In this document: piece by piece, positions 34,827 to 48,010 of the stretch
How positions within the stretch are numbered: the first letter of the stretch is position 1
How the letters are laid out: every line of letters starts with the position of its first letter
Source of the DNA: Lepidodermella squamata
Taxonomy: Eukaryota; Animalia; Gastrotricha
DNA: 64,000 nt
Reading direction: 5' to 3'
Assembly: GCA_047495785.1 (NCBI GenBank)
Contig: JBLDXI010000032.1
Location: 558,001 to 622,000 of the forward strand
The notes under the pieces: model-generated
Seen by the model: only the letters and a program-made list of their open reading frames with translations
Database searches by the model: none
Told to the model about the DNA's origin: nothing
Translations under genes and position numbers: made by a program

Positions 34827-35625
34827 GACACCTGCAACGTTAGAACCATCAAGAAAGCGGATTATAAGGCGCCAATGGCACTTGAAATGCTCATTTTTTG
34901 ATCAGATTAATAAGGATAATCACAGAGTGGGATAAATAAAGGCCGATTAAAGATCGCACCCGAATAATCGCCGCGTTTTTAGGCCCATTTAAAAAATCAG
35001 GAAAATATTAAAAAAATACGGTATTTGCAAAATTGGGAAAAAAGCGAATTTCGAGCTCGAATCTACAGTAGTTTACACGACCCGCACCAGATAATTTTGT
35101 CCGGCTATAAATGAAAGTCCGGCTCAACTTTTTGTCCGTAAAGTCCTCGGTAAGAGCCAAGCAAAGTTGTCCATCTCAACGCTTATTTATCGTCCAGCTT
35201 AACGCAAAACTACAGTAGCTTGAATCACGTTTAGGCTAGATTCGGACGACACCCAGGCGTGGAGTGCACGAATACACTGATAAGTGGCTCCGTTTTGGCT
35301 GTTGTTCTTCACGACATGGCAACGCTGACCGATCTTCAATACACGTCAACTCTTTATTTACCTAACCAATTTTTGATAAAATTGGAATAGAATTTTTAAA
35401 TTGAATTGGATAAGTAGAATTTTATTACCTTTTGTGAAATCTTCCCTTTTCATACTTAGATTTTCTGGAAATTGGGTCAAAGGATGTCACGGTTTACTAG
35501 GTTAATACGTCATATTAATTTTTTTTTACGATTTTTTATATTCTGCGAGTTAATTTCACGTGATCTACGCGGTGAGAACAAATGCTTTATCAGGTCATTA
35601 TTTTAGATTCACAATTTCTTGAAAA

Positions 35626-37394
35626 ATGCTTATGATTTTGCTGACAACTTTCTTGGCTCAAATTTACATAATTAATGGCGAAGAAGTTAATCATGCGGGT
35701 AAGCTGATCGATGCAATTGAAGGTAACATGTCCCCGGAACTGGTGAGACTGGTATCGCAGAAAAAACACGTGTTATTTTCAACCGAAATGTGCACTCGGT
35801 CGCATATCAAGCCGATGTTGGTTCTCTCGAGAGCTCTACAAAAGCGCGGCCATCGCACAACCTATGCTGCCCTGTTCGATGCGGCGAAAACATGGATAAA
35901 GCCCGGGGATTTTAACCACTTCGTTCAGCTAAAATACACTGCCGAATACGAATATCATCGCAACGAAAATATTCGGGAACAGCTTGGCCACGCATTCAAT
36001 CTTTTAGTAGATTCCGCTAGCCGAACTGTCCCATCTCAAAATGCAGGTAAATTATTTTATTTTTAAAATTGTGCCTTTCCCTTATTGTCCCTTGTCCCTT
36101 TCCAGCCTATTCGCAACAGTCAGAATTGTTTCTATACAACATCCAGAATAATTATGAAGGAGCTACGCGAAGCTTGAAGGACTTATGTGAAGCTGATCGA
36201 CCTGACCTCATCGTTTGCGACTGGGTATCTCAAAGTTGCCCCGATGTCGCGAATTTATTGAAAATTCCTTATGTTGTAACGGCTTCCTTATCTATCGTTG
36301 CTGTTGTTCCAAGAGTTCAAAGATTCATTCCGACTCTTGTCACGCCACACAGCCCTTTCGACGCCACGTTTCAGCAACGGCTTCACGCTAAATTCGTCTT
36401 TCCGATTAGGATGATGTTCGGCCTATACGAGGGCTTGGCTGAGAGGTCCAAAATCCGGGCGAAGTTCGGAATCCCTGACAGTTTTGACATCACAGCTCCT
36501 TATAAGAACAGGCACATTTTCGCCCACAGCCACTGGGGTTTTGAATACGCGAGGTTCACGTCGCCGTTCATCCACGTGTTAGGAGCAATAGTTGAGCCTG
36601 ACATCTATGAAATGGAACCCAGCCTTAAAAAATGGTTGGATGACGCGTATTCCCGGAACGAAGTCGTGGTCTACCTAGGCTTCGGAACTTTAGTCACCCC
36701 TACCAACTCGACAATGCGACGATTAATTCGTGGAATATTTTGCCAAAAAAATCATGATTTAAAGGTAAATATTCTATGGTCTTACGGCAACATTCAATTG
36801 GAAGCAGCTCTTCCGCATGAGATTTACGGCAACCTAGATAATTACCCGAATTTACGGCTGGAAAAACGAGTCGCTCAAATTCAAGTTCTGAAACACCCTG
36901 CTGTCAATTTATTCGTTAATCACGGAGGTTTGGAGAGCTTGTTCGAATCGATTCTAGCTGGCAAACCGATGCTGCTTCATCCTATTGTCAATGATCAACA
37001 TCTAACAAGCATGCGGGCGAAGGAGCTTGGAGTTGCTGATGTTCTCGACAGTTATGCGAATGGCGAGGCGACTGAGATGGATATTTGCGATAAATCACAA
37101 GAAATCATAGCTAGATATCGCCGTAAAGATCCTATATTGATAGATAATATTTTGAAAGCTGGAGCAGCTTTGTACTACAATGCCCAAAATTTCGAACAGG
37201 CTGTTGATATAATTGAAATGGAAATGACAATTCGTTCGGATCATCTGAGAATGTTCGAGGATGAAGTGTCATTTTACAGGCTGTACGATTTGGATCTATA
37301 CGCTATTTTTATATTTTTGCTTATTATTCCTCTCCTCATATCTCGTATTATACCTGAAGACTTTGCAATATATTTGAAGACAAATAAAAAATGA
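35626..37394 (+). CDS. UDP-glycosyltransferase UGT-2, intron ~36047-36104
   Basis: Close paralog of UGT-1 with the same signature and intron. Confidence 0.92.
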
Positions 37395-38312
37395 AATCAC
37401 GACAGTATGGATCTGGTCGAAATAGAAGCACTGTATCAGATAGGATGCAACCGGTCTTTTTATAGTGAATTTATTGTTATTGCAAAAAGCGCGGCTCGCG
37501 ACCACTTTTTTGATCACCAAACACCCTATCCGCCCATTATTATTTGAATTATTTTCAAAAATCGACAGACTGAACAGTCCCTTTTCAATTCGTTTGAGTT
37601 TGGGTAGATAAATAATAGATTTTGCGGTCTATCGAATGAGCCCAGGCACATCTTGTTGGCTCGCGTGATTAATTGTGCAGCATTTAGTGAAAACAGCTGT
37701 TATCGCAGATTTTTGGCAATTTTGCCGCGGTTGGCTCATTCGGAAAATTATTTTAAATTCTAAGAAAATTTGTTTATTCATGTTGAGAATCTTCTCTATC
37801 CAACGATATAAAATTTGCATTGTAGCTATTTTATTTCGATTTTCCGATATTCTATGGTTGTGCAACTTGGATTTAATTCCTATCGCCGCGTTGCTTCATT
37901 CGGAGATGTTATCAAAAAAAATGTTCGAGCTCAAAAATTTCGGAAAATCAAAATGAAATAGTTGACAGACATTTTATATCGTTGGATAGAAACAATTCTC
38001 AACTTTTTTTTAGCGAATTGAAACTTTTATTTCACAAAACAACAGACATGTAATATGTACCTATAGATATGTAGTAGTTCTTTTCTTGTTTCAAAATATT
38101 TATTTTACTTTTGAAAATTAACTTACATAAAAGCAAAGCTTTTGTGATATCTCGGTAATAAAGGCTTACTACTTGGTTGCATCCAATAGCTCAACAATGG
38201 ACTATTAACGTGCGATGCGTCTCCACAATGCCACATCATCTTTTCTAGTGAAGTTGAGAGGAAATTTTCATTTTTTTTATTTATTAGCAGTTATCAACTG
38301 CGCTGTTCAATT

Positions 38313-40096
38313 ATGCAGCTAGTTTTCGCCATCATCTTGTCTCAGGTATTTTTCTCAGCAGCAGCCGAAGATGATCAAAGTCGGGCTGAACAACCCGGAT
38401 ATCTATCGGAAAAGCTGGAAGAAATCAAGGGGAATATGTCACCCGATCTCGTGAAACTTGTCTCGAAACAAGGGCACATTCTGTTCTCAACCGAGGTTTG
38501 CACACGGTTCCAAGTCAAGCCGATTCTATTCCTATCAAGGGAACTACAAAAACGCGGCCATCGAACAACCTATGCAGCTTTGTCCGAAACAGCTAAAGCC
38601 TGGATAAAACCAGGCGATTTCAATAGTTTCGTTCAGCTCAAGTATACCGAGGAATACGTATTCCCAGAGGACCCAACAGTAAGGCAGAGAATTCGCGAGC
38701 AATTAAAATTGCGATCTGCTAATGCAAGTCAAACAGTTCCGTCTCAAAATGAAGGTAAATTTTACAAAAATCAGGAAAAATTTAATAAATTACCAGCCAA
38801 CCCTTTCCAGCTATTTCAAGGCAATCGAGAACTTTTTTCGACAACATTCAGATCAATTACGAAGGAGCTTTCCGGAGCCTGAAGGAGTTATGTGAGGCCG
38901 ATCGGCCTGATCTCATCGTCTGTGACTGGAATTCTCAAAGCTGTCCTGATGTCGCAACTGTCCTAAAAATTCCTTACGTTGCTACAGCCTTCTCATCATC
39001 CCTACCCATCGTACCTGGGGTTCAGAATTTCATCCCAGTTCCGATCGCACCTTACAGCCCTTTTGGTGCTTCATTTCAACAACGCTTTTACGCCAAGTTC
39101 ATCTACCCGGCAAAGATGGCTTATGGGCTGTACCCTGGGCTGGTTGAGAGGTCAAAAATTCGAGCCAATTACAACATTCCGGACAGTTTCGACCAAACAG
39201 CGCCGTATAGGAATAAACACATTTTCATCCATAATTATTGGGGCTTCGAGTACGCAAGGTACGCATCACCTTTCATCCACGTTTTAGGACCGATTGTTGA
39301 GCCTGATGCTCAGGAGATTGATTCTAGGCTCCTGAAATGGCTTGACGACGCCCAATCCCGTAACCAGCCTGTCATTTACATAGGTTTCGGTACTTTGGTC
39401 AACCCGACGTATTCAGCCTATCAAAATTTGTTCGGCGGATTGTTATGCAGGCGGAACAAAGAGTTTGAAACCAACATCTTATGGGCCCATGGCGATACCA
39501 GGCTGGATTTGGCTCTTCCTCCGCATGTTTATAACAATCAGAGAGGATTCAAGAATTTGCGACTTGAGAGGCGAGTCGCCCATGTGAAGGTTCTCAATCA
39601 TCCTGCTGTTCAATTATTCGTCAGTCACGGTGGCTTAGAGACATTATTGGAGGCAATTCTAGCCGGTAAACCTATGTTACTCCACCCGATCGTCAATGAA
39701 CAACCCTTGACGAGTATGCGAGCGAAAGAGCTGGGCATTGCCGAGGTTATTGATAGCTACGCAAATGGCGAGGCTTCGGAAAGAACGTTTTGCGAAAGGT
39801 CGAATTCATTGATTCATCGCTACATCGAGAAAAGTCCTGTTCTAATGGCGAACCTTCAGAAAGCTAGCGCAGCTTTGTACTACAACTCACAACAATTCAA
39901 ACGAGCGGTTGATATTATTGAAATGGAAATGACGATTGGGTCTGATCACCTGCGAATGTTTGAGGACACAGCTCCGTTCTATCGGCTTTACGATCTTGAC
40001 CTATTTGCTGCTTTGATTGCCTTTATTATACTCATCTTTTACGTGATTGTTCGCTTTTTCCGCCGACTGTGTTGTGCGAAGAGAAAGGTCGAATAA
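38313..40096 (+). CDS. UDP-glycosyltransferase UGT-3, intron ~38755-38810
   Basis: Signal peptide, SHGGLE..GKPM..NEQ signature, TM and a KRKVE (KxKxx) ER-retrieval tail. Confidence 0.9.
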
Positions 40097-41102
40097 AATT
40101 TAGGGCAATTAGCATTTCCAATCTGGGTCAAACTGTCATTAAAGCTCAAAAATAGTGCGACGAATGCCACGTGCTGCAAAAAGTGGGTCAGTTCGCACTG
40201 ATTGCGCCAGGGAAACTAACTCGAGGATATTTGCTTTAATTTGAATTAATAAAATAATTATGATCAAATAAGCGATACCTTGTGGGTAGATCGTCATGCG
40301 CGTCACGTGGGTCAATATGTGGGGGTCGTGAATTTTTCATACTTCCTTTGCACGATTTCCCTGTACAGGAGGTCTGAGAAAAAAATGGACGGCATTTGAA
40401 CCCTTTTAATGTGGAATTCCGGCCTAGATTCTGCGAGCGTTTAAATCGAAGATAGATGAGAAGAAGAACATTAAAGAGGCGCTTACAGTTAAGCAAATGG
40501 TAATCGGCAATGTTGATAAGGCCGGAATATTGATTGGAATTTGGCGACAAAAGAGCCGATCGACTGAACAATAAAATTATTCCAATATTTTAAATTTTAA
40601 TGCGAGGAAAAGCATAGACAATGGAGTTGGGAGAATCTATGGCGCGCATAAGGCTCTGCCAGAGAATAGTAAACAGAAAACACGGACCTAGGCGAAAAAT
40701 AGAACAAAGTATTCCTACAAAACGGCGAAAAAAGTTGGACGGAAGAAATTCAGGAAAATGAGCTATTTTGTTAACAATTAAAGCTGCATTTTTCAGATTT
40801 GGAAAAAATAATCGATCTATTTAACATTATAAAAATGAAGTCAGTGAAACATTTTGTCTATATGGAAAACTAGTTGTTTCCATGACCTGGCTTTCACCTG
40901 CGCTTTGCTGTATTCCAAAACTCATACTGTATGGGAAAATTTCAAAATCGAACGAAATGAAACAAATTCGTAATATTTATTTGCAATAAAACACGAAACT
41001 GGCTGTTATATTGAAAATCTAAGAATTCGACAATGACGACAACGGATTATTGAGAGTCACTCGGATAAAGCATGACCAGAGGTCCAAAATCGCGATACAT
41101 TC

Positions 41103-41813
41103 TCATTCTACAGCTTCAGATTTCTCGTAACTCGTCGAAGGCTCGTTCAATTTGCTAGCAGCTGAGCCTGTAACCTTATTACGCCGATACATCGCCTCGG
41201 CGTACAGCCGTTTCTCAACCGCTGTTTTCAAGGCCGACTGAAACAACGCCATAGATTGCGTCTCAAAGCGCGACATTGTCTCCGCAGTTACAGCTGCTAG
41301 CAATCGATCGTCACTCGTCAATTGGCGATGAGCTTTTTTCTCCTCACATTGGCCATTCAGCTTGCCAACCTTTTCGCCCTCATTAATCCCATTATTTTGG
41401 CCATTAACGGCAAAATATTCCAGCAACTTTCGGGCAAACGTGATTGGACAACCGGAAATTTTTTCGATTTCAGCAATTGTTTTAAGCGGAATTTCGTAAC
41501 TAGGCGTGTTGCCGATGCAAACCATTCCGTTAGCATCTGGCAACTTCCCGACTAATTTTGCAGCCAGGTCTAAATGCTCGTTAGATGCCTTTCGGGAGTT
41601 TGGGTTAGACAGACCCAACTTGATCGCACTCATAATTTCAGTTTTCGCCGATTCTATCGACTCGAGTATCAGTTCTGGGAACATGAACTTAGAGATACAA
41701 CACTTGCCACGTTAATTTTTACCTGAATCATGGCTTTGGCATTGCCGCTTAGCCGGTGGGGGTTCGTATTCGTTAGGGTCGACGAGGCTGGCGACATCCT
41801 GAGGCGGTGACAT
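41103..41813 (-). CDS. Putative BEN-domain nuclear protein; intron 41675-41722, start uncertain
   Basis: PPAKR NLS-like motif. FARKLL..F..LNG..L..D.RLLAAV..F pattern resembles BEN. A 48-nt GT-AG intron removes the in-frame stop between two same-frame ORFs. Confidence 0.55.
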
Positions 41814-43831
41814 GATGAAAGAAGCGCAGTTGACCAATCGCATGGCTGAGTAAATGTCGAAGTTGTTGATACCAGTCGGGGAGGTGTTGGCCGAGAAACT
41901 TCCGTGATGCATTGGCAATCGGTCGCGCAGGAAGCTACTGATACTATGAATGCTATTACTACGACTTCTCGGGTTGCTTATCAATGAATGCGATGGCGAT
42001 CCAAACGGCTTAAATGCCATAAAAAGATCTGGGTTATGTGATATTCGTTTGCTATTGAGAAGAAGCGCCTTCTGTCTTGGGGAGGCCGTATTTGTTTTTC
42101 TTTCACAGCCCTGCAGGGGAGCGTAAAAAACGTTCACATCCTAGCGCCTTAGACCATGGCGGCAGTATTAATCATAACGTAAGGTGTATTAATTATTAAC
42201 AAAGATTCAACAAAACAGAGCCAGGTAGCGTGTTTTGTACTGTATCGATCGGCATGTGATTGATTATTCGTCAAGACTCTAGCTTGATGTGCGAGACGTG
42301 ACGATCGAGTTTGATGCTAAATAAAGCGTGTTGATTTTAGAACCGCCCAAGACATATTTGCTGCTACAGGGTAGGAATATTTTAGGAAAATCCATTATCT
42401 GTCGCGATATATCGGTTTATCGATTCGCAATTCATCAATTTATGAATTGGAAATTGTTATTTTATTTATTCTATAGCAATCGCACCAACTTCGTTGGCTG
42501 GCACGGTGCATAATTAGTTTTCATGACCTGGAAAATTTCTGAGCGAGACAGAGTCTAGGAATTTCATAAACATTGAGAGCCGAATTTGTCAGCCAGTTCT
42601 CCCAAAGTATGGATGAGCACGTGCAAATCTTAAGTATAAGGTTCCAGAACTTATTTGAGAATCGATGACCAGATTTTGCCAAAACATGGCCTTCAAATTC
42701 CAGATCTTCCACAACATCCGAATCTTCTAATATGAAGACTATTTTGCGCTATGAGCGGTCCTGCTACGAAGTGTGGTCCAGCTTGCAGATTCTATATATC
42801 GATTTTATGTATCGATTATCGATTTTACTAATCAGCCGTCCTGGAAGCAGCCGGCATCGAACATTTCTACACGTAAGTAATGGTATCAGGTAGCTGAAAT
42901 TGAACTTCAAAGGTTATGGAGGAAATTAGTACAGCGAAGATTTTACGGTTCCAGCATTAAATTTGAAGCACTATCACTAAAGTTTCACTAAATATGGTTT
43001 TTCGAATTTCACGTCTTCACTAGAATCTCAATTGTTTCGTTATCGCACGCCTAACCGATAGATCTCCATATTACGAGGATTTGCGCTATTAGTGGCCATT
43101 GTAAGAGTTAGGTATACTTCAGCCTTCAGAACCGATATATGGATTCGAAATATCGATTTTACAAATCAGTGATTTTTTTCGTCTTGGAGCTTGGAACCGA
43201 ACACCAATCATCCTTTCTCTACACCATGTGAGGCCCCATTTAGCTAAACTAATGATAAGTTAACATTAACGATCAACTAACAAAATCGCTGTCGTATTTG
43301 CGCATAGGTGGTATGAAGGTATTACAAATCCTGTAATAAACAAGTTCCTCGTTTCGATCCAAGAATTTTAGCTGATCTGTTGCGCTGTGAGATAAAAACA
43401 ATGCCAATTCATTGATTCAATAATGTGTCTCAACTCGTTTTTACAGGTCAACGTGCAAAAAAATAAAGCAAACAAGAGCTCGCATCGCAGGTTAAACTGA
43501 GAAGAAAAACAGGTTTCCCATTTTTTCCATGTAGACGCTTGGAATAATGCTGGTCACGTGGTCAACATCAGTTAATCCCTTAATTGTTAAATTGCGGTGA
43601 CTACGCACTCGCAGAATTTCACCAATGTTTACCTGCTCGTTTTTTGTAATTGCTCGTGCCGAGTTTTTGCGGCATCGTTAAATATTGACCCTGATCCGCA
43701 CATACTGCGCAACCTTGTTTACCCAACCACCTGGACGATGGCTTAAAAGGCCCACCCTTCGTTAAATTATTTGAACTTCATTACCTCATCTCAGTTTACC
43801 TTATTTTTTCCATTCATTTTTTTATCGAGCA

Positions 43832-44593
43832 ATGTCTGAGGGAAAGAAAGCTTGCAAGGTTAAGCTGCATTCGTTCAACGCGCGAGCTCGCGCTGAACCG
43901 ATTCGATGGCTTCTGGCCTACGCTGGAGCTGATTGGGAGGACATCCGCTACAACAAGGAAGAGTGGCCTAATGTCAAGTCAAGTATGCTTGATAATTTTA
44001 GTTTTTCGACCTTGGTCTAACTGTTTTTCTTTCAGCTATGCCTCTCGGTCAACTGCCAGTTCTGGAGGTCGAGGTTGATGGCAAAACCCACAAAATCACT
44101 CAAACCGGAACGATTATTCGCACGATTGCCCACTGGCACAAACTTGCCGGTGACTGCGACAATCTGGCACTAATCGCTGATGAGCATTTCGAGATGTTTG
44201 TTTGAACCATTCAACGACATAAATATTCTTCACTTTCTTCTCCGGTTTAGAGCACGTGAAATCGTTGAACACTCCTATGCCGCTGTTATGGAGTCAGACG
44301 ATGCGAAGCGCGAGGCTAACAAGGCCAAGTTGCACGAGGTTCTGAAGCGCAATCTGGCATTCATGGAGCACCGCGTCCAGGAGCACAAAGAAACGGCTTT
44401 GGCTGACGGTCAAAGGCACTTGTACTCCGCTGTTTGCCTTGCGTCGATCTTTGAGGGTCTCCGCGACCACAAGCTGGTAGAACAGGAGCAGGTCGAGCGT
44501 GACTACCCTGGCATTGCGAAGATTGTCAAGCACATTGTCGAGTCGCCTGAGATCGAGAAGTACTTGGCGAATCGTCCCAAGTTCGACCCTTGA
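43832..44593 (+). CDS. Divergent GST (GST16), catalytic Tyr replaced by Ser, 3 exons
   Basis: VKLHSFNARARAEP, MPLGQLP, ADEHFE, ..NRPKFDP*. Confidence 0.88.
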
Positions 44594-45170
44594 GGTCACA
44601 GCACACGTGGCTATTCTCAACTGCCAAAAACTTGAAACACTGACTGAAGAAAATGAACTTCTTTCCCCATGCAGATCCCTAATTTCAAGATTTAGAATTT
44701 GCACAAAATTTGCAGAGTTACAGCAAAAAAAGGAGTGCCACTGAGAATATGTTCAGGGCAGGAAGTACCTATCTACTTATTCAAGATTAAGACAACTTAA
44801 ATGAACATTCCTAAGCCAATAAGACGAGATAGCTTTGCCCTTGCCGGAATAAACTATATCTTCACCTGCACGTAAAAACATATTGGCTTATTTTCATTGA
44901 ATTTAGCTCATAAGATTTAAAGCTACATTTCTGTTTCTCCTCGTCAGAGGAATGTCAGTATGGAGACTTGCGATAGCGGAACATAGAACGCAGAAAGACC
45001 AGATTTTCAACTCAGAAGTGGCTTCACATCCGTAGACAGATGCGATAAGACTAGTTTTATCCCTTTTTTTCATTCTATATTTTCCCATTGCGATGGAACT
45101 ACAACGGGTTCAAAATTTTGGCGAGCATAAATTCACGATAATTTCATCTTAGGATACATTGATGTGTAAG

Positions 45171-46495
45171 TTAGGCGTGGTCATTTTGATAACTTGGAAC
45201 TAAGGGATATTCGCTTTCGTTCTCAGGCATAATCACGTCTTCTAAAACAGATTCTCGAGCCGAAATAGCCAAGTTTTTGCGCGTGAGACGTCGCCCGAAA
45301 CGGAGTAGATCGTTGGTGAATCCCGGGCGGACGCACTGAATAACTGGGGCTATGGCTGTTTCGAAGTTGAACGTTAGGAGGAACATTTTATGCATCGGAG
45401 CTGACAGAATATTCGGCCCATCCGATGCCCAGAGTAATGTAAATATTAGCGACGTGAAGATAGGAATGTGAAAAGCTGAAAAAGCGACAAACGAAATCAG
45501 TGACTGCATCATGTAGAACATTTCGCGACGCTGCCAGGTGACTAACAGCTTGTTGTTCCGAATCGCAATTTTATCGGCCGAATCTCCAGTTGGCGTTCGA
45601 CTCCTTGGAAATAACTGCGCATTAACAGCCCGTAGCTTAGTGAAAATCAGCCTTAGATAAGGAACCTATAAGGAACTAAAGTTAAGCTGTGATAAAGCTA
45701 ACAAACCAATAGTTGTAAGCGATCAGGTTATTGGGAATCAAGATTGCACATAAACTGAATGCAATGGCTGATAGCAACGAGGTGTCGATGTTTTCGGCCA
45801 AACGATATTCGAAATTGCCACAAAGCCTCACAGCCGTGCCATTATTGAGACCCGGCACCACTACCGTTTCAACCGCCATGCTGTTGAATGGATAGATAGC
45901 ATCGATCCCGAAAGCAACGAATGAGAGAATTGCGGAAATTAAGGCCCATCCTAAAACCTAAAACCTAATAGACCTTAAAAACTGTGATAGAACTCGCAAA
46001 ATATCCGAATCTTGCCCTTTTAGTATTGGCTGGATAGTTTGGGTTGTTTGATAACAAGCACAGCCTGCGCTCGTAGCTGATCAACATGAAGATCCAAGTT
46101 CCGAGGATTCCGGTCGAACCCGATATCCAAAACATTGCCGTGCACAACTCGTCACTAGCTTCCCAAAACCCAGTTCTTACTGGTACCCAAATGTTTACGG
46201 TTTGCACGATTCCATGCACTATCGAACAAGTGGCAACTAGCGCGGTCAGAATGAGAAAATCTCGTCGCACATTCCTTTTGTAGTAGACAATCAGGTTGGT
46301 GAAATTAGTCACAATAATGAGTATCGCCATTGCCAAGTAAGCGATCGGGAATCTTAAACGTTCCCTAACCGTGGTTTTGCTTAAGTCATGGAACCATCCG
46401 ATGAAATATGGTCTTGGTTCGTGGTAGCCACGGTTCGGCAGAATAGCCATAACCCACGCCTCGCCGATGTAGGCTGGATGAGAAGATGCATTCAT
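45171..46495 (-). CDS. Class A (rhodopsin-like) GPCR, multi-exon
   Basis: TM1 Asn, W..LC before TM3, ISYERR (DRY-like), further hydrophobic helices and IAPVI (NPxxY-like). Confidence 0.78.
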
Positions 46496-48010
46496 TTTCC
46501 CTAAGTTGAATAACTAATCTAAGTTAAAATCAAACTGGACTTGCTCAAGCCAGGTGTTTGAAAGCACTTGGACCAAAATTTCCGACTAAGACATGCGAAT
46601 CGAAAGGGAAATGTCCTTCCGCTTCGTGAATTCCGCTAATTAATTTCCATATATCTATTATTTCACATTAGGGAATAGCTAGCATACAGTCGTGCTATCA
46701 TTCAGAAAGGGAGCACAACCGAATTATGTACCACAGGCGTCTAGTTTTTTAGGTCTAATTGGCCGAGACTCGTCAGTTTTTTAGCTTTTTATTTCTGGCT
46801 TTTTCATTACGATTACGCCGCGAGCGGAGAGAGCATTACGGGCAAGGATTTTTCGGCCGAGTGGCAAAAGAGTGTTCTATTTGCGAGGCAACGATCGATG
46901 ATTATCAAATGCCAAATCGAGCGAAGGGCGAACTATTTACTGATCTATTTATGGTGAACATGTCGTTCGCGTCGTTAGATCAGGTTCATTTCATGTATCT
47001 ATGGCAAATAAAAATTCATGTGACCTAACAGTTACAAGGGAACAAAATTCACGGGAAAATGCTGGCATGTAGGTATATATTTAGTCTCAATTTTCAATTG
47101 TTTGGAAATTCCAAAAATATCCATGCAGTATTCAAGAAATTGATCAATTTGGATATCCTTGGTCTCGAAATGAATATGATGAATGAATACATTATGTTAC
47201 ATGTCTATTTTGACAAATTTTCACGCTTTATAACTCGGCAAAAGTGACCGCTCGTGGTTCCATCTGTGGAGTTATCGCCTTCCTTATGCCTTCCTTTTGC
47301 AACTATCAGCAAATATCACATACGGAGTGCGAAGTGTGTAAAAGAAGCCCATGCAAGGGGTGTCACTGAGATTGAGATGGCTAATTTCGCGTCGATTTTT
47401 TTGTATTCTAAATTTTTTGCGTCAGCTAATGCGTAAAGCGAATAAACTTTCGATTTTCATGTGAGGATTACTTTACTTGTTTGTTACTCATGATTGATCT
47501 TAATAAGGTAGTGAAGTTGAATGCATTAGAAAATTGCTGTCACTTGACATTGGCTTATTTCCGCCGTCCACCATGCCAGCCACAACGCATCAATGACCGC
47601 GCAGCATCGGCGGACAGATACATTTATCAGGCAATATAATAATTTGTTGTTTGTTGTTTGTGGCCCTGTCAATAATCGATTTGCATACACACATGTGAGT
47701 GGGCGCACACACTCACTGTTAATTTGCGATTATTACACGGTGGCGCAGTAAATAAATCAACCAGAAATACAGTAACGGCGCGCGCTCGCTCTGTCATTTC
47801 ACTCTCAAGTGTGTAAGCACTTAGCGGGCGGCATTTCAATTTCGGGCAAATGCAAGAAGCTTGATGCTCGCTATTAGAGCTAATGCAGGTGTCAAATTCA
47901 AATCTGCGGCGACTCTCAAAATCAAAGCCGCTCTCGGCGTTTGACCAGCTGCTACTCAGTACAATTTCGGCCAAAGCACTTTGCAGGGCCTCGGAACACT
48001 CCAAAAGTTA

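Noticed and set aside
41685-41714. Possible stop-codon readthrough between two same-frame ORFs
   Set aside because: A 48-nt GT-AG intron (41675-41722) removes the TAA in frame.
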